A DNA stretch of 25,041 nt from a virus (lineage: Duplodnaviria; Caudoviricetes), in IMG/VR virus record IMGVR_UViG_3300025508_000142, positions 1-25,041 of that record, one strand, 5' to 3'. Under the pieces are notes generated by a model. The model made no database searches. It was not told the DNA's origin and was given only the letters and a program-made list of their open reading frames with translations. The position numbers and the translations under genes are program-made. Position 1 is the stretch's first letter, and each line of letters begins with the position of its first letter. Shown here one piece after another: positions 1 to 7,677 of the stretch.

Positions 1-100
1 TGATTGGGTGCTGAGTGGCGATAGCTTCAAGAATTTCTTTGAAGGTCGTGTGACTGACTATAGTGCAGACGGAATGACGGGTGATACATGGGGATGGTAA
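1..100 (+). CDS. nrdB: Ribonucleotide reductase class Ia beta subunit, C-terminal fragment (5' truncated by window)
   Basis: Frame 2 reads DWVLSGDSFKNFFEGRVTDYSADGMTGDTWGW*, stop TAA 98-100. NFFExRVTxY is the typical NrdB C-terminal motif. Not in the ORF track. Confidence 0.85.
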   Translation, partial: DWVLSGDSFKNFFEGRVTDYSADGMTGDTWGW

Positions 101-810
101 TGCGAAAGGAAAGGAAGAACAAACGTAAGCCAGTTAGGGATGTGCAGGATAAGTTCCTAGACGACAAGCGCAATGCAGTACCACCTCTGCGTCCACAAAC
201 GGACACACAGGCTGACTACATGGCAGCGTTAATGTGCAACGATCAGGTCGTGGTGCTTGGCCCTGCGGGTACGGGTAAAACATTCATCGCTTCTACTGTA
301 GCGGCTGACCTCTATCGACTAGGTAATATCGATAAGATCGTCTTAACCCGGCCCAATGTTACCGGGTCTAAGTCATTAGGTTTCTTTCCCGGAACAATGG
401 AAGAAAAGATAGCACCTTGGGTTGTGCCGTTCACCGATGTCATTCGTAAGCGCATGGGTGGGGGGCAGTACGACATTGCTTTGAAGCATAAAGCGATTGA
501 GATCATACCGTTTGAAGTCATGCGGGGTCGTACATTCGACAACGCATTCATCATTCTTGACGAAGCTCAGAACACCACGCCCGAAGAAATGAAGATGTTT
601 CTAAGTCGGGTGGGTAGGGATTGTACTGTCGTGGTCAATGGTGATGTTCGCCAGCGGGACATCAAAGTTACGTCTGGATTAGAGACCGTGATCAGGTTGA
701 TTAGAACCCAAGGATTACCTGTATCTCTCATTGAGTTCAGTATGGAAGACATTGTCCGAAGTGGGGCATGTGCGATGTGGATAAAAGCATTTGATAAGGA
801 AGGATTATAA
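100..810 (+). CDS. phoH: PhoH-like ATPase
   Basis: GPAGTGKT Walker A, LGFFPG, RGRTF, ILDEAQN, GDxxQxD and IVRS motifs. Start moved to ATG 100, which overlaps the nrdB stop (TAATG). Confidence 0.95.
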   Translation: MRKERKNKRKPVRDVQDKFLDDKRNAVPPLRPQTDTQADYMAALMCNDQVVVLGPAGTGKTFIASTVAADLYRLGNIDKIVLTRPNVTGSKSLGFFPGTMEEKIAPWVVPFTDVIRKRMGGGQYDIALKHKAIEIIPFEVMRGRTFDNAFIILDEAQNTTPEEMKMFLSRVGRDCTVVVNGDVRQRDIKVTSGLETVIRLIRTQGLPVSLIEFSMEDIVRSGACAMWIKAFDKEGL

Positions 811-1173
811 ATGGCTATTGCTTATAGGTTCGGTTCTATTGAACACAAAAGATCGATGATTGCTAATGCTAAGTACCGGGCGAAAGGTGCGGGTATTACA
901 TTTAACTTGGAGGTCGAAGACTTAAATATACCTGAGTGCTGTCCCGTATTAGGTATATCTCTGAGTGCTGGTAACAATCAAGGTGGCAAATCAACTAGTG
1001 CTACTTTAGATCGACTTGATCCAGCAATTGGGTACACACCTGACAACACAGCGGTTATCTCAATGAGAGCAAACCGAATGAAGTCGGACTGTACGCCAGC
1101 AGAAATCATGCAAGTTGCGCTTTGGACTCAACGTAAACTAGGTAGGTCGGAGGCACTTAATGGCACATTATGA
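811..1173 (+). CDS. HNH-like (beta-beta-alpha-Me) endonuclease-family protein
   Basis: CPVLG...TLDRLDPAIGYTPDNTAVISMRANRMKSD matches the common phage pattern SLDRID..GY..DN..VIS..AN..K. Confidence 0.7.
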   Translation: MAIAYRFGSIEHKRSMIANAKYRAKGAGITFNLEVEDLNIPECCPVLGISLSAGNNQGGKSTSATLDRLDPAIGYTPDNTAVISMRANRMKSDCTPAEIMQVALWTQRKLGRSEALNGTL

Positions 1174-1537
1174 TTGTACGAAATGTGGTCACCCAATGGG
1201 TCTTAACCCTAGTCATTGTGACGTTTGCATTTATAACGCTAAAGAACTGTTACTACCTGACCCAAATATAACTGAGGAACATACAGGCGGCAGTTCTGGC
1301 TACTACCGCGTGAAGGTTAGAAACCCTACGACAATACCCACAAGTTATAAAGCTGAGTGTAACGACATTATCGAATCTTTAGAAATGACATTTGCCGAAG
1401 GCAACGTATTCAAAGCGATATGGCGTTCAGCCGCTGCCCGTCAAGGTAAGGAGAAGAAAGGCAACAATAGTGTTTATGACGCAGAGAAGATGGTGTTTTT
1501 CTCGGAGCGTATCTTAGCAGCCAGTAAGGAAGATTAA
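1160..1537 (+). CDS. DUF3310-like phage protein with N-terminal CxxC-x10-CxxC
   Basis: GGSSGYY...ECNDIIESLEMTFAEGNVFKAIWR...YDAEKMVFF resembles DUF3310 (ECIDII...F..GN..KY.WR...K...DL.KA..Y). Confidence 0.65.
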   Translation: MAHYDCTKCGHPMGLNPSHCDVCIYNAKELLLPDPNITEEHTGGSSGYYRVKVRNPTTIPTSYKAECNDIIESLEMTFAEGNVFKAIWRSAAARQGKEKKGNNSVYDAEKMVFFSERILAASKED

Positions 1538-1540
1538 TGT

Positions 1541-1711
1541 ATGAGTGAAGAAGATAAGATCGTTAGCAAGGCTAACTCCGAAGCGTACACCGATAACTGG
1601 GAGAGACTGTTTGGTTTTCAATTACCAGCGGGTCAGAAGACAGTAAAAGACCGTGTCGATCTAGGGCTGTCACCCAGTACCGTGGTAGAGGATTATGTAG
1701 ATGAAGGCTGA
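1541..1711 (+). CDS. Small hypothetical protein (56 aa)
   Basis: ATG 1541 to TGA 1709-1711, MSEEDKIVSKANSEAYTDNWERLFG...VDEG. AAGGA upstream; fills the gap and overlaps the thyX start. Confidence 0.7.
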   Translation: MSEEDKIVSKANSEAYTDNWERLFGFQLPAGQKTVKDRVDLGLSPSTVVEDYVDEG

Positions 1712-2339
1712 ATACATAGATCACATGGGCAGCGATGCCTCTGTGGTCAAAGCAGCAAGAGTATCCTTCGCGGCTGATGGACTTGAGTTTGATGGTGAAA
1801 GGGATTCGGGGTTAATCAACTACCTCGCTAAACATAATCACTGGACTCCCTTCGCTCACACTTCTATTACCGTGCGTATGACTGCTCCTGTTCCTATTAG
1901 GACACAGTGTTTCAAACACAAAGTCGGATTCAGTGAGAATGAAGAGTCGCGTAGATACATTAGTTCTAGCCCGAAGTTCTTTATACCGCAGCAATTCCGG
2001 AAGCACCCAGAGGGTTCTGTCAAACAGGGTTCTGGTGAAGACATGCACCCAACAGGCAATAAGTATTGGAGGCGACATTTTCAGTCTAACAATAGTATGT
2101 GCTTAGATTCATACGAAATGGCGATTGCGGGTGGTATGTGTCCCGAACAAGCTAGGTTCCTTCTACCTCAAGGAATGGAGGTTAGCTGGTATTGGACAGG
2201 GTCATTATCAGCCTATGCTCGGTTCTATAAGCAACGTACTGATCCACACGCTCAGCAGGAGATAAAAATCCTGGCACTAGAAGTTGGTGAAATTTTGAAA
2301 CCCTTATACCCTGTAGCTTGGGGAGCATTAACTAGTTAA
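1701..2339 (+). CDS. thyX: Flavin-dependent thymidylate synthase
   Basis: MGSD..VV.AARVSF, HWTPF, KHKVGFSENEESRRY (variant of RHRx7SxR), PEQARFLLP and HAQxEI motifs. Confidence 0.95.
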   Translation: MKAEYIDHMGSDASVVKAARVSFAADGLEFDGERDSGLINYLAKHNHWTPFAHTSITVRMTAPVPIRTQCFKHKVGFSENEESRRYISSSPKFFIPQQFRKHPEGSVKQGSGEDMHPTGNKYWRRHFQSNNSMCLDSYEMAIAGGMCPEQARFLLPQGMEVSWYWTGSLSAYARFYKQRTDPHAQQEIKILALEVGEILKPLYPVAWGALTS

Positions 2340-2348
2340 AAAACTTAC

Positions 2349-2385
2349 GCACTGTCGGAGATTTCCCCTCTGACAGTGCTTTTTT
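2349..2385 (+). terminator. Rho-independent terminator ending the metabolism block
   Basis: GCACTGTCGGAG-atttccc-CTCTGACAGTGC (12 bp with one G-U) followed by TTTTTT. An A-tract upstream suggests it may be bidirectional. Confidence 0.9.
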
Positions 2386-2423
2386 ATGTCAATAGGCGGG
2401 TCTCATGCCAGAGGTACTAAAAA

Positions 2424-2639
2424 ATGAGTAACGAAATCGAAGAACAAACTCTTCCAGAATTCCCCCAATCCTCCCGTGAACTTTTAGTTTTACTAAATCA
2501 TCACTACCCAGCGCGTTGTATTGCGTACAACGAATCAGAAATTTCTGCTCACAGATATGCGGGTATGCGTGAATTGATTGATGAATTAGTTGTTTGGCAG
2601 GAGGAAGCGGATGAAACACCAAGTACGGGTATGCACTAG
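2424..2639 (+). CDS. Conserved small podovirus protein, T7 gp6.5-like
   Basis: L..L...YP..C......HRYAG.RELID.L pattern. First gene of the virion block, with GAGG RBS. Confidence 0.55.
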   Translation: MSNEIEEQTLPEFPQSSRELLVLLNHHYPARCIAYNESEISAHRYAGMRELIDELVVWQEEADETPSTGMH

Positions 2640-3111
2640 TGAAGACTTAGACTCTATGCTTCACTTAGCTAGGGCTATGCATCAAGAAAGTCCCGTCTAT
2701 AAAGTCTTACCTTTGGACTCAGTAAAACTTTTAAAAATAGCTGAAACTGCAATAGCGTTTCCAGACCTAGCGACTATTCTAATAACCACAGATGATGATG
2801 GTTTAATTACGGGAATGTTAGGTGCAATCTCTACCACCGAATTCTTTGGCCCATCTGTATCAACATGTGATTTATTTCTCTATGTTAAGAAAGAATACCG
2901 GGGGTCTAGGGCCGCAGTAAAACTAGTTCGGGCCTACCAGAAGTGGGCAGAATCTTTAGGAGCTACTCGCATACATCTTGGAGTAACCACGGGTATGTTA
3001 ATCAAAGAAACAGGAGGTCTGTACGAAGCACTTGGCTTCAAACAATCGGGCATCTTATATACAAGGAACAATCCTCATGGGACTAGTCAAACACAATCGT
3101 CCAGCAGTTAA
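2611..3111 (+). CDS. GNAT-family acetyltransferase
   Basis: LYVKKEYRGSRAAVKLV (motif A) and LGATRIHLGV...LYEALGF (motif B). Start moved to ATG 2611, with GGAGG at 2600-2604. Confidence 0.9.
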   Translation: MKHQVRVCTSEDLDSMLHLARAMHQESPVYKVLPLDSVKLLKIAETAIAFPDLATILITTDDDGLITGMLGAISTTEFFGPSVSTCDLFLYVKKEYRGSRAAVKLVRAYQKWAESLGATRIHLGVTTGMLIKETGGLYEALGFKQSGILYTRNNPHGTSQTQSSSS

Positions 3112-3181
3112 AAAAGAAGTTGCTCCAGTTAAGCAAGTTCCTAAAAAATTAGTTCAAGTTAAAAAGGGAGAGGATAAATAA
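3077..3181 (+). CDS. Small Lys/Val-rich protein (34 aa)
   Basis: MGLVKHNRPAVKKEVAPVKQVPKKLVQVKKGEDK*. AAGGA at 3063-3067; stop overlaps the next ATG (TAATG). Confidence 0.6.
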   Translation: MGLVKHNRPAVKKEVAPVKQVPKKLVQVKKGEDK

Positions 3182-3411
3182 TGTGTTTCCCCACTCCTTC
3201 TGCACCACCAGCACCTAAACCAGTACCAAAAGCCGTTGTTGCTACACCCGAAGAGACAAAGAAAAAAGAAGTAACAGCCTCTCGTAAAATGGCAGCTACA
3301 GCAACAAAAGAGAAAGCTAAACAAAAAGGTCGTTCATCCTTCCGCATTCAATTAAGTCCGAAGTCTGGTACTAATTATGGCGGCGGTGGTGGAAGCGGTC
3401 TAAGCCTCTAG
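3181..3411 (+). CDS. Small virion protein, T7 gp6.7/gp7.3-like
   Basis: MCF start, Pro/Lys-rich body and KGRSSFRIQL...GGGSGLSL C-terminus. Immediately upstream of the portal gene. Confidence 0.7.
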   Translation: MCFPTPSAPPAPKPVPKAVVATPEETKKKEVTASRKMAATATKEKAKQKGRSSFRIQLSPKSGTNYGGGGGSGLSL

Positions 3412-3420
3412 GAGTAGGGA

Positions 3421-4929
3421 ATGTCTGATACAACCCAATCCAGATATGAGTCTCTCAAGTCTAGGCGTGAGCCTTTCTTAACACGCGCTAGAGAGTGTTC
3501 TGCAATAACCATACCCGCACTATTACCACCCCAAGGACACAACTCACACACCGTCTTACCGGCCCCCTATCAAGGGCTTGGTGCTAGAGCGGTTGTTAGC
3601 TTAGCTAGTCGTTTAATGATTGCTATGTATCCACCGGGCATGTCCTCGTTCCGACTTCAAATACCGTCAGAGATACTGATTCAAGAAGGTAAGTTGGAGA
3701 CAGACCAAGAAACAGAGCGTGGCTTAGCATTGTCTGAAAAGGCGATCAGTAACGAGATTGAGCGTAAACAGTGGCGTCAGCCTACTCACCTTACCCTACA
3801 GTATCTTATAACTACTGGTAATGCTTTAGAACAAGTCCTACCTGATAACCGTTTACGAGTCTTTCGATTAGACCAATACGTTGTCGTGCGTGATATGACG
3901 GGCGAGGTAACTGAAGTTATTATCGAAGAGTACTTCGCACCCACAAACCTTCCTGATGCTGTTCGCTCAATGCTGACCGCAGAGGATTCTCCTACCCAGA
4001 AAGTGCCAATCTATACATCGTGTAAGAAGACACAGAAAGGCTACGAGGTTCATCAAGAAGTTGCTGGTAAGAAAGTGGCTAAGTCCACAGGTACTTACGA
4101 TGTATGCCCCTTCAACGCTCTCCGATGGACTTCGGTAATTGGAGAAGACTATGGTCGTGGCAAGTGTGAGGAACACCTCGGTGATCTTCAAGCCGTAGAC
4201 GGTCTATCCAAGGCTATGTTGGACGGTGCTGCACTGGCATCACGCCACGTTATGATGATCCGTCCGAATGCGGCTGGTGGTCTTAACTTACGCAGACGTT
4301 TAGCTGCTGCTGACAACGGTGAGTATGTGGTAGGCAACCCCGAAGATATCGGAATGTTAGCTTATCAGAATGCGCCCGGCTTACAGGTAGCAAAAGCTGA
4401 ACTGGCTGAGAAGAAACAAGAGATCGCGTCAGCGTTCTTGATGAACTCTAGTGTTCAGCGTCAGGGTGAGCGTGTTACTGCATACGAATTAAAGATGATG
4501 GCAGAGGAATTAGAAGGCTCCCTAGGTGGTGCGTTCTCAATGCTGTCACGCGACATGCAGTCTGCTCGTCTTAACCGTCTGATTATTCAGATGCAAGCGC
4601 AAGGCAAGCTACCACCGTGGCCCGAAGGCGTGGTCGAACCAACCGTACTAACTGGACTAGAAAGTTTAGGCCGTGAACAGGACGTTCAGCGCGTAGGTTC
4701 AGCACTTCAATTCCTACAGGGTTTACCTCCAGAAATACTCGACTATGTTCGTTGGGAGAAGCTACTAGGTAAGGCGTTTAACGGGCTATCCCTTGAGGAT
4801 GCGGTTAACACCGAAGATGAAGTGGCTCAGAAACGACAGCAACGTCAAGTTGAACAAGGCATGGGTGCAGCAGCGGAAGCTGGCGGTGCAGCTATGGCAC
4901 AACAAGCAGTGGAGCAAGGGGGCATGTAG
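3421..4929 (+). CDS. Portal (head-tail connector), T7 gp8-like
   Basis: PYQGLGARAVVSLAS, YVVVRD..G, GEDYGRG..EE.LGDL, ERVTAYE and TGLESLGR motifs. Confidence 0.95.
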   Translation: MSDTTQSRYESLKSRREPFLTRARECSAITIPALLPPQGHNSHTVLPAPYQGLGARAVVSLASRLMIAMYPPGMSSFRLQIPSEILIQEGKLETDQETERGLALSEKAISNEIERKQWRQPTHLTLQYLITTGNALEQVLPDNRLRVFRLDQYVVVRDMTGEVTEVIIEEYFAPTNLPDAVRSMLTAEDSPTQKVPIYTSCKKTQKGYEVHQEVAGKKVAKSTGTYDVCPFNALRWTSVIGEDYGRGKCEEHLGDLQAVDGLSKAMLDGAALASRHVMMIRPNAAGGLNLRRRLAAADNGEYVVGNPEDIGMLAYQNAPGLQVAKAELAEKKQEIASAFLMNSSVQRQGERVTAYELKMMAEELEGSLGGAFSMLSRDMQSARLNRLIIQMQAQGKLPPWPEGVVEPTVLTGLESLGREQDVQRVGSALQFLQGLPPEILDYVRWEKLLGKAFNGLSLEDAVNTEDEVAQKRQQRQVEQGMGAAAEAGGAAMAQQAVEQGGM

Positions 4930-4957
4930 CCCCTTCGCTACTCAAACAGGATACTAA

Positions 4958-5758
4958 ATGACTGAACAAGTTACACAACCAGAACTAGGCTCCGATGAAT
5001 ACAACCAGCAAAAAGCTGCTGAATTCAAAGCGGGTCATGGAACACCATCTGACGAGAATATAGACACAGCCCCGATCCCTGCTAAACCAGAGAACGGTCA
5101 GGACAAGTTCTATAACCCAGAGACAGGTGAGTATAACTGGCAAGCACACGCTGCCGAGTTAGAGTACCGCATGAAAGGGGGTTCACCCGATGCGGAAACG
5201 AAGGACGAGGAAAGCACAGAGGCCGCACCAGAAGCGGATGCCGACAATGCAGCCCTTGATGTCGTAAGCAAGGCGGGACTTGACGTTGATTCGTTAGTTC
5301 AGCAAATCCAGCAAGACGGTAACCTAAGTGAAGATGCTAAAAATGCACTCATTGCTCAAGGCGTTGATGCGGAACTCATTGATTCCTATGTAGACAACCT
5401 AAAGTTTAGAATGGATGCGGAATCTAAATCAGCACTTGACTATGTCGGTGGTGAGGAAGAGTGGAATAAGGTTAATTCTTGGGCTGAGAACAATCTCAGT
5501 GGCGAAGAAAAGGCTGCTTATAATGACACGTTAAACGGAGACAACTGGAAGATGGCAGTAGATGCAATTAAGTCCCGTATGGGCAGCAACAACGAGCCGA
5601 ACTTAATGATCGGCAATGAAGTCGGTAACTCTTCTACGGGCTACCGCTCTCGCGCGGAAATGAAACAGGATATGGCAAACCCCGAATATCGGACTAATCC
5701 TACATTCCGTCAGACAGTAATCGAAAAGATGTCTGTCAGTACATATGACCTAGACTAG
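4958..5758 (+). CDS. Capsid scaffolding protein, T7 gp9-like
   Basis: Acidic protein with VGGEEEW.KV..WA and C-terminal YRSRAEM..DM.NPEY..NP.FR..V. Lies between portal and capsid genes. Confidence 0.9.
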   Translation: MTEQVTQPELGSDEYNQQKAAEFKAGHGTPSDENIDTAPIPAKPENGQDKFYNPETGEYNWQAHAAELEYRMKGGSPDAETKDEESTEAAPEADADNAALDVVSKAGLDVDSLVQQIQQDGNLSEDAKNALIAQGVDAELIDSYVDNLKFRMDAESKSALDYVGGEEEWNKVNSWAENNLSGEEKAAYNDTLNGDNWKMAVDAIKSRMGSNNEPNLMIGNEVGNSSTGYRSRAEMKQDMANPEYRTNPTFRQTVIEKMSVSTYDLD

Positions 5759-6017
5759 GTCTATGAGCCTCCTGCGGGAGGCTACCCCCTCATTCTAGGG
5801 TATCGCCAAGCCAGCGTTACTCACGATAAGGTCGCACTCCCAACATCCTGACACAGCAAGGCTAAGCCGTGTGGGTAATTTTGTGCGCTCTTGAGAAAAC
5901 CAAACCATTGACCTGCCAAGGCAGATAATCTTTGTGATGGAAACACCCTCAAAACCAATCTACACCGTCCCATAAGGGACTGACACTTTATACATATATT
6001 TTTTACAGGGTATTATC
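5759..6017 (+). promoter_or_regulatory. Long structured leader upstream of the major capsid gene (candidate cis-regulatory RNA)
   Basis: 259 nt without a credible ORF. At least six stems are visible, e.g. AGCCTCC/GGAGGCT 5766-5783, CTGC/GCAG 5913-5924 and GTCCC/GGGAC 5967-5980. Confidence 0.5.
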
Positions 6018-7004
6018 ATGGCTATTTCTAGCATTACTTCTGCACCATCACGCTTTGGTCAGGGACAATCGTCCCCTACTAATGATCGTGCTTTATTCTT
6101 AGACGTATTTGGCGGTGAAGTTTTGACCGCATTCGATCTTGCAACCGTAACTCTTGACAAGCACAACGTAAAAACCGTTGGCGGTGGTCAGCGTTCATTC
6201 CGTTTCCCAAAGACTTGGAAAGCGTCTGCCGAGTACCATGTTCCCGGTACTGAATTGATGGGAACTGACATTGAAACTGGTGAGATTTCTATCACCATCG
6301 ATGACATCTTAGTATCTCATACTGCCGTATCGGACATTGACACTATGTTGTCACACTTCGATGTACGCTCTGAGTACTCAGCCCAGATGGGTCGTGCGTT
6401 AGCGCGTGTATTCGATAAGAACGTATTCCGTCAGATCGTATTAGCTGCTCGTACTGCTGCTGATGGGCCATTCCCCGGTGGCGACAAGATCTTTGGTCTT
6501 GGTGCTTCTTCTACAGGCGCAGAATGGATCGATGCGATCCGTCTAGCTAACTTAAAGTTCTTTAACTTGTCAGTACCAGAAGAACAGACCCGTTATATGT
6601 CTGTTACTGCTGAGACTTTCAACAAGATCAAGTTTGCGAAAGACGCTAACGGTCAATACTTAGTACTTGATGCTGACTTACGTCACTCAGGCGCTGGTGG
6701 TATTGAAGGCCGTGCTGACTCTATGACCATTGATGGTGTTCAGATTGTTAAGTCTTTGAACATGCCCAATGCTGACGAAACGTCTGCTACTGGTGTGTAC
6801 TCAAAGTACCGCGCAAACTATTCAACCACTACTGGTTGTATCTGGACTGCGGATGCCGTTGCATCTGTTAAGTTAATGGATATCGGTTTTGAATCAGAGC
6901 GTGACACTCGTCGTTTGGAAGACTTCTTAGTTGCTAAGATGTTAACAGGCACAGGTACTTTACGCCCTGAGTGTGCTATTGAATTAACTTCAGCAGCCTC
7001 TTAA
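6018..7004 (+). CDS. Major capsid protein, T7 gp10-like
   Basis: ALFL.VFGGEVLTAF, ITIDD.L, DVRSEYS.QMG.ALA...D and G.G.LRPECA motifs. Confidence 0.97.
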   Translation: MAISSITSAPSRFGQGQSSPTNDRALFLDVFGGEVLTAFDLATVTLDKHNVKTVGGGQRSFRFPKTWKASAEYHVPGTELMGTDIETGEISITIDDILVSHTAVSDIDTMLSHFDVRSEYSAQMGRALARVFDKNVFRQIVLAARTAADGPFPGGDKIFGLGASSTGAEWIDAIRLANLKFFNLSVPEEQTRYMSVTAETFNKIKFAKDANGQYLVLDADLRHSGAGGIEGRADSMTIDGVQIVKSLNMPNADETSATGVYSKYRANYSTTTGCIWTADAVASVKLMDIGFESERDTRRLEDFLVAKMLTGTGTLRPECAIELTSAAS

Positions 7005-7032
7005 CTCTCCCCTAGGATTTTATAATCCTACA

Positions 7033-7062
7033 AGCCTCACCTTAACGGGTGGGGCTTTTTTT
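7033..7062 (+). terminator. Rho-independent terminator after the capsid gene (T-phi position)
   Basis: AGCCTCACC-ttaacg-GGTGGGGCT followed by a T-run. A second hairpin, TAGGATT-ttat-AATCCTA, precedes it at 7013-7030. Confidence 0.9.
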
Positions 7063-7078
7063 CATTTATGAGGTTCTT

Positions 7079-7675
7079 ATGTTAACTAAACTTGATGCAG
7101 TCAATCAGATTCTTGAGTCTATTGGCGAAGATCCAGTTTCATCTTTAAGCTCTGGTCTGCCTGATGCAGAATCAGCCGAACGAATTCTTGACCGAGTGTC
7201 CCGCGAGGTACAGGCCAAAGGTTGGCTATGTAACCATGAACGTGATTACACTATGGCTATCACCACCGATGGGACTATTCCATTATCAGGTGATGTTTTA
7301 CGAATTGATACAGTAGGTGTAGACAAATCTACCCACGTTACAGTCCGTAAATACCTAAACCAACCGCATCTTTATAACATCGTTAAGCACACATTCGTAT
7401 TTACTGCTGCACTTTCCGTAGACATTATATGGGAACGAGACATAGCAGATCTAACTCCAGAACTACAACTCTACATAACCGCTAAAGCCTCAAGACGATT
7501 CCAAGAATCCGAACTGGGTTCTGTTGCGGCTGACCAGTTTGCTGTTCGTGCAGAGCAAGAAGCCTACGCTTCTCTGATGGATGCCGAAGCAGAAGCTGAC
7601 GATTCTAACGCCTTAACTGATAGTGCATTTTGCCGCTATGTTGTAGGCCGTAACCACGCACTTTACGGGAGATAA
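7079..7675 (+). CDS. Tail tubular protein A (adaptor), T7 gp11-like
   Basis: T.LDAVN.IL..IGE.PV..L, VQ.KGW..N and YIT.KASRRFQ motifs. Start moved to ATG 7079 (GAGG RBS); the track start lies inside the terminator. Confidence 0.93.
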   Translation: MLTKLDAVNQILESIGEDPVSSLSSGLPDAESAERILDRVSREVQAKGWLCNHERDYTMAITTDGTIPLSGDVLRIDTVGVDKSTHVTVRKYLNQPHLYNIVKHTFVFTAALSVDIIWERDIADLTPELQLYITAKASRRFQESELGSVAADQFAVRAEQEAYASLMDAEAEADDSNALTDSAFCRYVVGRNHALYGR

Positions 7676-7677
7676 TC

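Noticed and set aside
5763-5798. 11-codon ORF MSLLREATPSF as a leader peptide
   Set aside because: Poorly spaced RBS, start adjacent to a strong hairpin, and no informative codon run.
5908-5936. Sigma70 promoter from TTGACC and GATAAT
   Set aside because: The spacer is only 10 nt and forms a hairpin. At 17 nt spacing the -10 would be TTTGTG.
5759-6017. tRNA or hammerhead ribozyme in the capsid leader
   Set aside because: No cloverleaf with a T-loop GTTC, and no CTGANGA...GAAA core found.
6960-7030. T7 10A/10B-type capsid frameshift extension
   Set aside because: No slippery sequence is seen near the stop, the -1 frame closes at TAG 7013-7015, and a terminator follows.
7001-7030. TATAAT at 7021-7026 as a promoter -10
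   Set aside because: No -35 at proper spacing, and it lies within a hairpin just upstream of a terminator.
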